Assembly (NCBI GenBank): GCA_964568425.1
Contig: CAZMPO010000011.1
Span: 634 to 64,633, forward strand
Direction of reading: 5' to 3'
Length of the DNA: 64,000 nt
Source: an uncultured Lachnospiraceae bacterium
GTDB taxonomy: Bacteria > Bacillota > Clostridia > Oscillospirales > CAG-272
Shown here: positions 48,194-58,856 of the stretch, piece by piece
How the letters are laid out: every line of letters starts with the position of its first letter
Position numbering within the stretch: the first letter of the stretch is position 1
Position numbers and translations under genes: made by a program
Notes under the pieces: model-generated
Database searches by the model: none
Seen by the model: the letters and a program-made list of their open reading frames with translations, nothing else
Told to the model about the DNA's origin: nothing

Positions 48194-51100
48194 TTACCGA
48201 ATTGCAATATTCTCGACCCCTCCGCAGATATCGGCAAGCTGATTTGCCACATACGCGTCGACAAAGACGGTATGTGTCGTATACTCATGATAACTTCCCT
48301 TTTCTCTGTCGTAAAAGACGGCGACGACTCTTCCGTCGCAGAATATTTCGAGCATATTTACCGCTTTTTCATACATCGGAGACCCGATCTTATCGACCCT
48401 CAAATAGACCTTTTTCGTTGACTGCGGAATCGAAATCTCGGGGTTATCGATCTTTCTTTCGGTCACCGTGGGATTTTTTTGATCCCTATCCTTTTTGAGC
48501 GGCATGATCTCCCTTGCGATAAGCTTCGGCGGATCGTCATCTTTGACCGATATCTCGCCGACGACCGCGACAGCATTATCGCGTATCAGCAGATCGGCGA
48601 CCTTTTGGCAAATACCAGGGAAAACCACAGTCTCTATCTCGCCCATTCGGTCTTCGATTGTCATAAACGCCATCGGGTCACCGTTTTTGGTCGTCTTTTT
48701 GACTATCTTTGTAATTATTCCGCAAACGGTCAAGACCTGTTTTTCCGAAAAAGTACCGAAGTCCTCGGATGTTTCATCAAAAGATGCACAGATAAGCGAG
48801 ATGGGTGCGGGCTTTAGGGCGGCGAGTGCGAGCTTATAATCATCGAGCAGACTGCCCGAAAGATAGACGCCGATATTTGATTTTTCGAGCATCAGCTTTT
48901 CGGACGAGGTCAGATCGGGACGCTCGGGATAATCATACTCGAAAGTCTTCTGTCTGTCGGTCGGATCGGAGAACATATCAAGCTGACCGTCAAGCGCTCG
49001 TTTAGAGTCAGCCGCCGCCTCGGTAAGGACGGCGTCATAGGAGGCAACGAGCTTCCCTCTGTCAACGCCGAGTCTGTCGAACGCACCGACGCAGACAAGG
49101 GCATATGCTTGCATCTTTGTCAGCTCGATCTCAACCATTCTTCGGCAAAAATCGGCATACGATACAAATTTGCCTTTTGATCTTTCAGCGATGATCTTGG
49201 CAACAAATCCGTCTCCGACCGTTTTTATTCCGAGGAGACCATATCTTATATTGCCGTCCTCGGTAACCGAAAATCTGCCATAGCTTTCATTGATATCGGG
49301 TGGCAGTACCTTTATTGACATCGACTGGCATTCGGAAACATATGCCGCTGTCTTGGCAGTATCGCCCATGACCGAGGTCATAAGTGCGGCAAAAAATTCT
49401 GCCGGGTAATGAGTTTTCAAGTACGCGGTGCGATAGGTGACGACCGAATATGCCGCCGCGTGGCTTTTATTGAACGCGTATTTACCAAAGCTCACCATTT
49501 CATCAAAAAGCGAGTTTGCGGCATCGGCATCATAGAAATTTTTCTTTGCGCCCTCGACAAAGGCTGATCTTTCCTTCTCGAGCAGATCGGTCTTCTTTTT
49601 GGACATTGCCTTTCTCACCGTATCCGCTCTGCCGTAAGAAAACGTGGCGATCTTTCGGCAGATCCGCATAACCTGCTCTTGATATATTATACATCCGCAG
49701 GTCGGATCGAGTATCTCGGCAAGATCGGGGATTATATAGTCGATCTTTGAATGATCAGCTCGATTTTCAAGGAATTTGGGGATCGAATCCATCGGTCCGG
49801 GGCGATAGAGTGCTATCGCTATCATAAGATCCTCGAGGCATGACGGTCGCATGTTCGAAAGCATGCGCCGCATCCCCGCAGATTCAAGCTGAAAAATACC
49901 GCTCGTTCTGCCTGCCGAGATCATCGAGTAGGTATCGGCATCGGTTATCGGGACATTTCGAATATCGAAATCGGGCACACGGCGGCGAATCTCGCGCTCG
50001 GCATCCGAAATTATGGTCAGATAACGAAGTGCGAGGAAATCAAATTTCAAAAGCCCGAGTTCAGCCACGGTGTCCATATCGTACTGTGTAACTGTGACCG
50101 CGCCGTTTACCGAAAGGGGCAGATAACTGCATAACGGGTCTTTGGTTATAACGACGCCCGCCGCGTGAGTTGAAGCATGGCGCGGCATACCCTCGATCTT
50201 TTTTGAGAGATCTATAAGTTTTCTTACTTGTTCATCAGTGTTATAGCTCTCGCGGAGCGCGCTGACCTCATCGAGGGCGCGAGAGAGCGTTATTTTATTG
50301 TCCTGCGGAATCAGCTTTGCCACGCTGTCAACATCGGCAAAGGACATACCGAGGACTCGTCCGACATCACGAACTGCGGCGCGCGGTGCCATCGTTCCGA
50401 AGGTGATTATCTGTGCGACATGATCATCTCCGTATTTCTCTCGGACATAGGCGATCACTTCATCTCGCCTGTCGTAACAAAAATCGGTATCAAAATCGGG
50501 CATGGAAACACGTTCGGGGTTGAGAAAGCGTTCGAACAGAAGATCGTATTTTATCGAATCTATCTCGGTTATACCGATAAGATAGGCAACAAGCGATCCG
50601 GCACCCGATCCGCGCCCGGGTCCTACCGGGATCGAATGTTCTTTAGCGTAATTTATAAAATCCCAAACTATGAGATAATACTGCTCATATCCCATCTTTG
50701 CGATGATAAGCAGCTCATAGATCATTCGGGATTTATAGACATCATAGTCATGCTCCCCGTCAAAAACGATCGATCCGTCGGCGATCTTTTTCTCAAGCCC
50801 TTCTTTAGCGAGCTTTTGCAGATACGCCTTTGGGGACGAACCATCCTCTGGAACATAATCGGGGAGAACGGTTTTGCCGAAGGAAAAAGAGAAATTACAC
50901 ATTTCGGCAATTTTAACGGTATTGGAAAGGGCGTTTTCGTACATGCCGAAAAGTGCCTCCATCTCGTCGGCGGATTTCAGATAGAACTCATCGGTCTCGA
51001 ATCCGAACGGCTTCCCTTCTTCAAGCGTTTTGCCTGTTTGAATGCACATAAGCACCGACTGGGTATATGCATCCGACTTTGAGATATAGTGAACATCGTT

Positions 51101-51712
51101 TGTTGCGACAAGCGGTATGCCGTATTCCTTTGAAAGCTCGACAAGTGCGTGATCGACCCTCTTTTGATCCTCGATTCCGTGATCTTGAAGTTCAAGATAA
51201 AAATGATCCTTATCGAATATCGAGGTCATTTTGAGTATGAACTCGCGAAGCTCGTTTTTATCGTCAAGAAGTATCGCGCGAGAGATCTTTCCCGCAAGGC
51301 AGGCGGAAAGACAGATAAGTCCGTCCGAATGCTCGGCGAGGAGCTTAAGATCGATCCTCGGTTTAACATAAAAGCCGTCGGTGAACGCTCTTGAGACGAT
51401 ATAAGACAGATTCTTATAGCCTATCTCGTTTTCGCAAAGGAGAACAAGGTGCGTGTTGAAATAGGGTGCGGTCTTCACGTGGCTTGCGGCATCGCCCTCG
51501 GCGAGATAGACCTCGCAACCGATGATCGGCTTGACGCCCTCTGCCACGCATGCCTTATAAAACTCGACTGCCCCGTACATCACGCCGTGATCGGTGATCG
51601 CGACGGCATTCTGTCCGAGCGCCTTTACCGCTTTGGGGATATCTTTTATTCGGCACGCACCATCAAGAAGGCTGTATTCGCTGTGCAAATGAAGATGTAC
51701 GAAATCGGACAT
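48194..51712 (-). CDS. dnaE: DNA polymerase III alpha subunit
   Basis: HLHLHSEYSLLDG, GPGRGSGAGS, SMPDFDTDF, LLKFDFL, YAFNKSHA. Confidence 0.98.
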   Translation of the reverse strand: MSDFVHLHLHSEYSLLDGACRIKDIPKAVKALGQNAVAITDHGVMYGAVEFYKACVAEGVKPIIGCEVYLAEGDAASHVKTAPYFNTHLVLLCENEIGYKNLSYIVSRAFTDGFYVKPRIDLKLLAEHSDGLICLSACLAGKISRAILLDDKNELREFILKMTSIFDKDHFYLELQDHGIEDQKRVDHALVELSKEYGIPLVATNDVHYISKSDAYTQSVLMCIQTGKTLEEGKPFGFETDEFYLKSADEMEALFGMYENALSNTVKIAEMCNFSFSFGKTVLPDYVPEDGSSPKAYLQKLAKEGLEKKIADGSIVFDGEHDYDVYKSRMIYELLIIAKMGYEQYYLIVWDFINYAKEHSIPVGPGRGSGAGSLVAYLIGITEIDSIKYDLLFERFLNPERVSMPDFDTDFCYDRRDEVIAYVREKYGDDHVAQIITFGTMAPRAAVRDVGRVLGMSFADVDSVAKLIPQDNKITLSRALDEVSALRESYNTDEQVRKLIDLSKKIEGMPRHASTHAAGVVITKDPLCSYLPLSVNGAVTVTQYDMDTVAELGLLKFDFLALRYLTIISDAEREIRRRVPDFDIRNVPITDADTYSMISAGRTSGIFQLESAGMRRMLSNMRPSCLEDLMIAIALYRPGPMDSIPKFLENRADHSKIDYIIPDLAEILDPTCGCIIYQEQVMRICRKIATFSYGRADTVRKAMSKKKTDLLEKERSAFVEGAKKNFYDADAANSLFDEMVSFGKYAFNKSHAAAYSVVTYRTAYLKTHYPAEFFAALMTSVMGDTAKTAAYVSECQSMSIKVLPPDINESYGRFSVTEDGNIRYGLLGIKTVGDGFVAKIIAERSKGKFVSYADFCRRMVEIELTKMQAYALVCVGAFDRLGVDRGKLVASYDAVLTEAAADSKRALDGQLDMFSDPTDRQKTFEYDYPERPDLTSSEKLMLEKSNIGVYLSGSLLDDYKLALAALKPAPISLICASFDETSEDFGTFSEKQVLTVCGIITKIVKKTTKNGDPMAFMTIEDRMGEIETVVFPGICQKVADLLIRDNAVAVVGEISVKDDDPPKLIAREIMPLKKDRDQKNPTVTERKIDNPEISIPQSTKKVYLRVDKIGSPMYEKAVNMLEIFCDGRVVAVFYDREKGSYHEYTTHTVFVDAYVANQLADICGGVENIAIR

Positions 51713-51745
51713 AGCTTTAGCCTTCCTTTCTGACCATGCGGCAAT

Positions 51746-52681
51746 TTAGTGGTTTCCGTCCTCGGCGGATGTTTTTTCTTCTATGTTCAGCTCATAAAAC
51801 GAAATGATCTTTGACAGCCTATGGCTGACGCCCGATTTTGTAATCGGCGGATCGTGCAAAGCGGCAAGCTCGCTCATTGATATCTCGGGATTCTCCTCGC
51901 GAAGCTCTGCCGTTACGGCGAGCTCTTTCGGAAGCTTTCCGAACATATTTTTTTCTTTTATTGCTTTTATCGCCTTTATCTGAAGAAGCGACGCACCCGT
52001 CGATTTATAGATATTGGCGGTATCGCAGTTATTGCGTCTGTTTTCGTTATTGCGTATTTCGCGCATGATCTTCACTTCCATTATTGTAAGCGAAGTCTGC
52101 GGCGACCCGATGAGGGTGAAGAAGTCCTCGATCGACTCGCTCTCTTTTACATAGACCGACGGCACGCCTCGCCTTTTTGTCACCTTCGCCGGCATACCTA
52201 TCTCCTCGAGATATCCGCAAATCGCCGTGAGCTTGTCCTCATCCGAAACGGCAAACTCAAGGTGATAGCCTCTTTTGGGATCGGTCACCGTTCCGACGCT
52301 CAGAAAAAGGGCGCGAAGAAAAACTTTCAGGCAATTCTCGCAGGAGCTGAGCAGGTCTCGATCCTTTTCAAGTGCAAAAAGCTCGGATGCCATTTTTTCG
52401 ACATCGGACTGTGCTGACAGACCAAATTTATAGCCAATTGCGGGATATCCCGATCTTGAGAGCTTATCGACATCATCAAAATAGCAATCGAGACCAAAAT
52501 AAGACCGAACAAGATATGTACAGAGCGATGCTGTCTTTTCGTTATCGGTGGAAAATTTCAGTTTATTGTTTGCAAAATCGGACTGTGGGTAAAAAAGTCC
52601 AAAGAGCATTGCCCTTTTACAGCAATTTGCCTTAACGGGGAGCGCGGCAAGGGCGTTTTTCGTTTCCGACGAAAAAGACAT
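51746..52681 (-). CDS. whiA: DNA-binding protein WhiA
   Basis: MSFSSETKN, LRALFLSVG.V.DP..GYHLEF, NRRNNCDTANI, TKSGVSHRL. Confidence 0.93.
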   Translation of the reverse strand: MSFSSETKNALAALPVKANCCKRAMLFGLFYPQSDFANNKLKFSTDNEKTASLCTYLVRSYFGLDCYFDDVDKLSRSGYPAIGYKFGLSAQSDVEKMASELFALEKDRDLLSSCENCLKVFLRALFLSVGTVTDPKRGYHLEFAVSDEDKLTAICGYLEEIGMPAKVTKRRGVPSVYVKESESIEDFFTLIGSPQTSLTIMEVKIMREIRNNENRRNNCDTANIYKSTGASLLQIKAIKAIKEKNMFGKLPKELAVTAELREENPEISMSELAALHDPPITKSGVSHRLSKIISFYELNIEEKTSAEDGNH

Positions 52682-52709
52682 CCGTACATCCTCCTTTTAT
52701 ATCGTCAGA

Positions 52710-53573
52710 TCATTTTTTAATATCTCTGTGAATGGTCATCGGATAAACATCATTTTGACCCGAAATATGCTCAAAAAGAGCCTGTGCTATAGCGACCGAT
52801 CTGTGTCGTCCGCCCGTGCATCCGATACCGATCGTAAGATGCGCCTTTCCTTCCTTTTTATACAAAGGAAGAAGAAAATCGACCATATCGAAAAGCTTAT
52901 CAAGAAAAGCATTGGTTTCTTCGAAGGAAAAAACGTAATCATAAACGCACTTTTCAAGTCCCGTATGGTTTTTCAGCTCGGGAATATAGAACGGATTCGG
53001 GAAGCATCTGACATCAAACATCAGGTCGAGATCTTGAGGAACGCCGTATTTATACCCAAACGAAACGCAGGACACGGTCATTTCATCGTTACGCGGGATA
53101 CGAAGCATCTCGCCAAGCTGTTCTTTAAGCTCGGTCGGGCGAAGATTTGATGTATCTATCACAAAATCGGCATAGCTTTTTATACCCGAGACGATCTCTC
53201 GCTCGACGGTAAGCACCTCTTCCAATGTGGCATTCATCGATCTGAGAAGCGGGTGGATATGTCTTGTTTCCTTATAGCGTTTAATAAGCACATCATCGGA
53301 CGCATCGAGAAAAAGCAGTCTGCAGGAATGACCCGTGCCGTTTTTTATCTGATCGACCACATCGGCAAGCCGACCGATATCCTCGCCCGCTCTGATATCG
53401 AGTGTAAAGGAAACGAGCGTATTCTTTTCGGGATTTTTCTCGTATATATCAAAGAAATTCGTGATGAGCGAGACGGGCATATTGTCGACGCAATAATATC
53501 CCATATCCTCAAGAAGGTGTGCGGTGGTCTTTTTTCCGGCACCTGACATGCCGGTTATTATTACAACATCCAT
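52710..53573 (-). CDS. rapZ: RNase adapter RapZ (YvcJ)
   Basis: IITGMSGAGK, YCVDNMP, SFGYKYGVP, DVRCFPNP, GCTGGRHRSV. Confidence 0.95.
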   Translation of the reverse strand: MDVVIITGMSGAGKKTTAHLLEDMGYYCVDNMPVSLITNFFDIYEKNPEKNTLVSFTLDIRAGEDIGRLADVVDQIKNGTGHSCRLLFLDASDDVLIKRYKETRHIHPLLRSMNATLEEVLTVEREIVSGIKSYADFVIDTSNLRPTELKEQLGEMLRIPRNDEMTVSCVSFGYKYGVPQDLDLMFDVRCFPNPFYIPELKNHTGLEKCVYDYVFSFEETNAFLDKLFDMVDFLLPLYKKEGKAHLTIGIGCTGGRHRSVAIAQALFEHISGQNDVYPMTIHRDIKK

Positions 53574-53618
53574 TTTTACAAACTCGGTCAACGTTCAATA
53601 TAGAAATATGAGAGGGGG

Positions 53619-54557
53619 TCATTTTTCCGGCACTATTATGACCTCGGTCTCGATCTCGATACCCTCTCTGTCATATATGCCCTTTTTTATCTGTGCGATC
53701 AGCTCACAAACATCGGCAGAGGTCGCACCGCCGCGATTGATAATAAATCCCGCATGTTTTGTCGAGACCTGTGCGCCGCCGACCGTAAGTCCCTTAAATC
53801 CAGCATCTTCAATGAGCTTTGCGGTATAATATCCGGGATAGCGCTTGAACACAGATCCTGCGCTCGGATATTCAAGCGGCTGTTTTTCGCGTCTTTTCTG
53901 CATGAGATCGTCCATTTTTGCTCGAATTTCGGCTCGATCCGAGGGAGAAAGGATGAATTTTGCGGACAATACGTGATTTTTTCGATTCGAATAGATCGAG
54001 TGTCTGTATCCGAGCAGGCATTCATCCTTTGAAAGCGTCTTCAGAGTTCCGTCTTCCGACATGCAATCGGTCGACAAAAGAACGTCGGATATCTCGCCGC
54101 CGTAAGCACCCGCGTTCATGCAGACGGCACCACCGACAGTCCCGGGAATGCCGTATGCAAATTCAAATCCCGAAAGAGCCGCCTTTTCAGCCGCAAGAGC
54201 GACCGACATGAGTGATGCGCCGCATTCGGCACATATGATATTACCGTCCACCGACACGCCGGACAAGTGTCTTGTCAATATCACTGCGCCGCGATATCCC
54301 CTGTCGCTGAACAAGAGGTTGGAGCAATTTCCGAACAGATCATATCTGACGCCGAAGGAACGCGCAGCCCCGACGACCGTTTCGAGGGCGTGCAAAGAAA
54401 GCGGTCTGATAACGACATCCGCAGGACCGCCGATCTTGAAGCCCGACAGCTCGGCGAGATCTTCATTGTATTTTGCAAGTATCTCGCCGCGGCTGACAGC
54501 ATCGGAAAGAAAGTGTCTAAATTCCTCGGGAAGATTCAAGACTTTCCCTCCCGTCAA
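53619..54557 (-). CDS. murB: UDP-N-acetylmuramate dehydrogenase
   Basis: FKIGGPAD, GNCSNLL, GIPGTVGGAVCMNAGAYG, QPLEYPSAGSVFK, KHAGFIIN. Confidence 0.96.
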   Translation of the reverse strand: MTGGKVLNLPEEFRHFLSDAVSRGEILAKYNEDLAELSGFKIGGPADVVIRPLSLHALETVVGAARSFGVRYDLFGNCSNLLFSDRGYRGAVILTRHLSGVSVDGNIICAECGASLMSVALAAEKAALSGFEFAYGIPGTVGGAVCMNAGAYGGEISDVLLSTDCMSEDGTLKTLSKDECLLGYRHSIYSNRKNHVLSAKFILSPSDRAEIRAKMDDLMQKRREKQPLEYPSAGSVFKRYPGYYTAKLIEDAGFKGLTVGGAQVSTKHAGFIINRGGATSADVCELIAQIKKGIYDREGIEIETEVIIVPEK

Positions 54558-55780
54558 TTAAGTATAAATTTATGGTAGACCTTTTTGCCTTTCCTGACTA
54601 TCACATCTTTGCCCTCAAAGAATGCCTTATCGAGCGTGAGATTGACATCGGTCACTTTCTCGTCGCAAAGTGTAACGCCGCCCTGCTGAACAAGTCTTCT
54701 TGCCTCGCCTTTTGAAGCGGCAAGCGAGCCCTTGACCATCATATCGAGAAGTCCGATCTTACCATCGGTCAGGTCGGCATCGGTCAGAGCGGTCGAGGGC
54801 ATATCAGCCGACGATCCGCCGCCCGCGAAAACGCTCTTTGCGGCATTCTGTGCCTTTTGCGCCTCATCCTCACCGTGAACAAGCTTTGTAAGCTCGTATG
54901 CAAGTATCTCCTTGGCGCGATTTAACTGTTCGCCCTCCCAGGAGCTCATTGCGTCTATCTCCTCGATCGGGAGGAAGGTGAGCATTCTTATGCACTTCAT
55001 TACGTCGGGATCGGCGACATTTCTCCAATACTGATAGAAATCGTAAGGGGATGTCTTGTTCGGATCAAGCCATACGGCATTTCCCGCGGTCTTGCCCATC
55101 TTATGACCCTGCGAATCGGTGAGCAAAGTGATGGTCATCGCGTGTGCGTCTTTTCCGAGTTTACGACGGATAAGCTCTGTTCCGCCGAGCATATTCGACC
55201 ACTGATCGTCGCCGCCGAACTCCATATTACAGCCGTATTCCTTGAACAGATGGTAGAAGTCGTAGGACTGCATGATCATATAGTTAAATTCAAGGAAGGA
55301 GAGTCCTTTCTCCATTCTCTGCTTATAGCACTCGGCGCGAAGCATATTATTGACAGAGAAGCAAGCGCCGACCTCGCGGAGAAGGTCGATATAATTAAGA
55401 TCAAGGAGCCAATCGGCGTTGTTGACCATTTTTGCCTTACCCTCGCCAAACTCGATGAATTTTTCCATCTGACGCTTGAAGCATTCGGCGTTATGATCGA
55501 TATCCTCTTTTGTCAGCATCTTGCGCATATCGGTCCTGCCCGAGGGGTCACCGATCATTGTCGTACCGCCGCCGATAAGTGCGATCGGCTTATTGCCTGC
55601 CATCTGCAGACGCTTCATGAGCGTAAGTGCCATAAAATGTCCGGCAGTCAGGCTATCCGCCGTACAGTCAAATCCGATATAAAATGTCGCCCTTCCCTCA
55701 TTGATCATGTTTTTGATCTCTTCTTCATTTGTGACCTGAGCGATAAGCCCTCTGGCGACAAGCTCTTCGTAAATTTTCAT
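54554..55780 (-). CDS. tyrS: Tyrosine-tRNA ligase
   Basis: YIGFDCTADSLTAGH, GDPSGR, GGDDQWSN, KMGKT, C-terminal S4 domain. Confidence 0.97.
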   Translation of the reverse strand: MKIYEELVARGLIAQVTNEEEIKNMINEGRATFYIGFDCTADSLTAGHFMALTLMKRLQMAGNKPIALIGGGTTMIGDPSGRTDMRKMLTKEDIDHNAECFKRQMEKFIEFGEGKAKMVNNADWLLDLNYIDLLREVGACFSVNNMLRAECYKQRMEKGLSFLEFNYMIMQSYDFYHLFKEYGCNMEFGGDDQWSNMLGGTELIRRKLGKDAHAMTITLLTDSQGHKMGKTAGNAVWLDPNKTSPYDFYQYWRNVADPDVMKCIRMLTFLPIEEIDAMSSWEGEQLNRAKEILAYELTKLVHGEDEAQKAQNAAKSVFAGGGSSADMPSTALTDADLTDGKIGLLDMMVKGSLAASKGEARRLVQQGGVTLCDEKVTDVNLTLDKAFFEGKDVIVRKGKKVYHKFILN

Positions 55781-55831
55781 TTTAGTATAGTCCCTTCTTA
55801 AATAATTATTTTCATTTATCTATGGTACGGT

Positions 55832-57526
55832 TCACACATCATGTCCCGCGTTTTTAAGCATCTCGACGGCACTCTCGTATATTTTCTCGGACGGTGTTAC
55901 GCCGCCCATGATCCTTGCAAGCTCGTCGGCACGCTCGGAAATATCGAGTTCTCTGACAGTCGTTTCGGACATGCCGTCGATCTCGTGTTTTTCGATCTTC
56001 AAATGGTGATCGGCATTGGCGGACACCTGTGCCGAATGGGTGATCGAGATGACCTGCATATATTCTGAAAGATCGTGAAGCTTTATGCCTATCTTTTGCG
56101 AGGTCTTGCCCGAAACTCCGGTATCGATCTCGTCAAAGATGACGGTCGGTATGCCCTCGGCGTTTGTCAGCACACACTTTATCGCGAGCATTATACGCGA
56201 CATTTCGCCGCCCGACGCGATCTTTGCAAGCGGCTTGAGTGGCTCGCCCGGATTTGTCGATATAAGAAATTCGACATCATCCGTTCCTGTTTGGCAAAGC
56301 AGACCGTCCTCCTCGCGACGTCTCTTGACACCGACTCTGAATATGACCTTTTCCATGTCAAGATATTCGAGTATCGAGCAAACACCGCACGAGAGCGTCT
56401 CTGCCGCCTCGATTCGCTTTTTTGAGAGTTTGTCGGCGACCTCAAGCGCCGCTTGTCTGTTTTTCTCGAAGATCTGACCGTATTCCTTGATTTTTTCATC
56501 GGATACCATTATCTCGCCAAGTTCTTTTTTTGCCTTATCGAGGAAATCGAGCACCTCGGGCACAGATGCGCCGTATTTGCGCTCCAGCTTGTGGATGGTA
56601 TCAAGTCTGTCTTCTATCTTCGACAGTGCCGCCTCGGGATCGTCACAGTCTCTCGGAAGTACCGAATATGCCGCATCGGCTATCGATGAAAGCTCATATT
56701 GCATATCGTAAAGCTTATCCGAGAAAGCCATCGCATTCGGAACGAGGTCGGCAATATCGTCAAGCGATTTTCTTGCTATCTCGATGAGCCTGTATGCCGA
56801 CATTCCCTTCTCGTTTTTGTAAAGGGCACGATAAAGTGTGTTTATCTGCTTTGATATCTGCTTTGCATTGACAAGAACATTCTTCTCTGCCCGAAGCTTT
56901 TCTTCCTCATCAGCTTTAAGCTTTGCGGACTCGATATCGTTTATCTGAAATTTCAGCATATCGATACGTTGCTGTTTTTCGCGCTCGTCCTTTTTTATCG
57001 CGTCTGCGCGACGGCGAGCATCAAGCATCGCGTCATAGTACTTTCTGTACTCGCAAAGAAGGCTGTCATTATGCGCAAACTTGTCGAGATACGAAATATG
57101 GGCACCGGGATCGAGGAGTGCGCGGCTGTCGTGCTGACCATGAATATTTATAAGCAGACCGCCGACCTCTCTTTGAAGCGAGAGCGGTATCGCCCTGCCG
57201 TTAAACTTGGTCGCCGATCTTCCGTCGGCATTCACCGATCTTTGAATGAAAACGCACCCGTCCTCATCCGCCGACAGTCCGAGAGCATCAAGTGCCGCCA
57301 AGACATTTTCGGGCAGATCACCGAAAAGTGCGCTTACGGATGCACGATTTTGACCTGTTCTTATAAGTTCCTTTGAAAACTTATCTCCGAGAACAAGTCC
57401 GATCGAATCGATGATTATCGATTTACCGGCACCAGTTTCGCCTGTCATGACTGAAAATCCGTGCTCAAGATCAAGATCTACCGAGCGTATCACGGCTATA
57501 TTTTCTATATGAAGCGAGATCAGCAT
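55832..57526 (-). CDS. recN: DNA repair protein RecN
   Basis: TGETGAGKS, IHGQHD, ASGGEMSR, IFDEIDTGVSG. Confidence 0.97.
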   Translation of the reverse strand: MLISLHIENIAVIRSVDLDLEHGFSVMTGETGAGKSIIIDSIGLVLGDKFSKELIRTGQNRASVSALFGDLPENVLAALDALGLSADEDGCVFIQRSVNADGRSATKFNGRAIPLSLQREVGGLLINIHGQHDSRALLDPGAHISYLDKFAHNDSLLCEYRKYYDAMLDARRRADAIKKDEREKQQRIDMLKFQINDIESAKLKADEEEKLRAEKNVLVNAKQISKQINTLYRALYKNEKGMSAYRLIEIARKSLDDIADLVPNAMAFSDKLYDMQYELSSIADAAYSVLPRDCDDPEAALSKIEDRLDTIHKLERKYGASVPEVLDFLDKAKKELGEIMVSDEKIKEYGQIFEKNRQAALEVADKLSKKRIEAAETLSCGVCSILEYLDMEKVIFRVGVKRRREEDGLLCQTGTDDVEFLISTNPGEPLKPLAKIASGGEMSRIMLAIKCVLTNAEGIPTVIFDEIDTGVSGKTSQKIGIKLHDLSEYMQVISITHSAQVSANADHHLKIEKHEIDGMSETTVRELDISERADELARIMGGVTPSEKIYESAVEMLKNAGHDV

Positions 57527-57589
57527 TTACCGTCCTCCTCTCCGTTTATATATATCTATTATTATATACGTTATATATCGTTTGGGTCT

Positions 57590-58048
57590 TCAATTACCGG
57601 TTCGGAAGGGCTCGGCAAGTCTCCTTGCGATCGACGACGCCGCAGATGTTGTATGCGCGACGGCAAAAATGGTATCATCGCCCGCTATCGTTCCGAGGAT
57701 CTCCTCGCCGAATATCGCATCTATAGCTGCTGCTGCCGCCTGTGCCATGCCCGAGTAGGTCTTGACAACTACAAGATTGTTCGCGTGATCGACCGAAACA
57801 ACGGTCTCACGCATTATATTCATATATTTGGCGTTAGGACGCCGATCACCGCTTGAGGCGGCGGCGTACTTATATCCGCCGTTTTTCGACGCAACCTTTA
57901 TAAGCTCAAGCTCACGTATATCGCGAGAGACGGTTGCCTGTGTAACATCATAGCCCCTTTCCTTCAGACGGTCAAGGAGAGCCTCTTGTGTCTCGACGTC
58001 GTTTCTTGAAATAATATCAAGTATCACTTCCTGGCGTTTGTTCTTCAT
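57590..58048 (-). CDS. argR: Arginine repressor
   Basis: TQATVSRDIREL, GTIAGDDTIF. Confidence 0.96.
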   Translation of the reverse strand: MKNKRQEVILDIISRNDVETQEALLDRLKERGYDVTQATVSRDIRELELIKVASKNGGYKYAAASSGDRRPNAKYMNIMRETVVSVDHANNLVVVKTYSGMAQAAAAAIDAIFGEEILGTIAGDDTIFAVAHTTSAASSIARRLAEPFRTGN

Positions 58049-58843
58049 TCAAGTTTTCCCTTTCAAAACAAGATCGCTGATTTCGGATATATCAAGCGGT
58101 AAATTGTCACTGCCGTCCCTCGAATAGTGAAAATACGCAAGATACTCCGTATTTCCGTCTCCACCGCGTATCGGAGATCTGATAAGTCCCGCGCAGTAAA
58201 GGTGATGCATGCGTGCGACATCGATGACATGTTTTATGACAGATATGTGTACATGCAAATCCTTGACGATTCCGCCCTTACCGATATTTTCTCTGCCTGC
58301 CTCGAATTGAGGCTTTATAAGGCTGACAAACTCGCCTTTATCGGAAAGTATCTTTGTGACCGACTCAAAGACGAGCGTCTGAGAGATAAACGAAAGATCG
58401 CTGACGACAATGTCGCAGAATGTACCGAGATCATTTGCACAAAGTTCTCTTGCGTTTATTCCTTCCATATTGACAACGCGCGCATCGGATGCTATATCGG
58501 GGTGGAGCTGTCCACTGCCGCAGTCGACGGCGTACACGCGCCGAGCTCCCGATCGAAGCATCAGATCGGTAAATCCGCCGGTCGACGCTCCGAGATCGCA
58601 GGCGATCTTGTTCGCAAAATCAAGCGAAAATGCCGATTTTGCCGCCTCAAGCTTCAATCCGCCGCGACTGACATACGGATACGGTCTGCCTGTCACCTCG
58701 ACCTTGTCATTTTCGCCGACATCCGTGCTGTCCTTTGAAACGATCTTTCCGTTAAGCGTCACAAATCCGCCCGAGATCAGCTCTTTTGCCTTTTGTCTGC
58801 TTTCGGCAAGCGAGTGCTCGGCAAGATATTTATCGATTCTCAT
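58049..58843 (-). CDS. tlyA: TlyA family rRNA 2'-O-methyltransferase
   Basis: S4 domain, YVSRGGLKL, DLGASTGGFT, DLSFIS, LIKPQFE, GGDGNTEY. Confidence 0.95.
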   Translation of the reverse strand: MRIDKYLAEHSLAESRQKAKELISGGFVTLNGKIVSKDSTDVGENDKVEVTGRPYPYVSRGGLKLEAAKSAFSLDFANKIACDLGASTGGFTDLMLRSGARRVYAVDCGSGQLHPDIASDARVVNMEGINARELCANDLGTFCDIVVSDLSFISQTLVFESVTKILSDKGEFVSLIKPQFEAGRENIGKGGIVKDLHVHISVIKHVIDVARMHHLYCAGLIRSPIRGGDGNTEYLAYFHYSRDGSDNLPLDISEISDLVLKGKT

Positions 58844-58856
58844 ACACAAATACCGT

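Noticed and set aside
57527-57589. AT-rich argR-recN spacer as an ARG box or LexA box
   Set aside because: No GAAC-N4-GTTC match and no convincing ARG-box palindrome; no correctly spaced -35/-10 pair.
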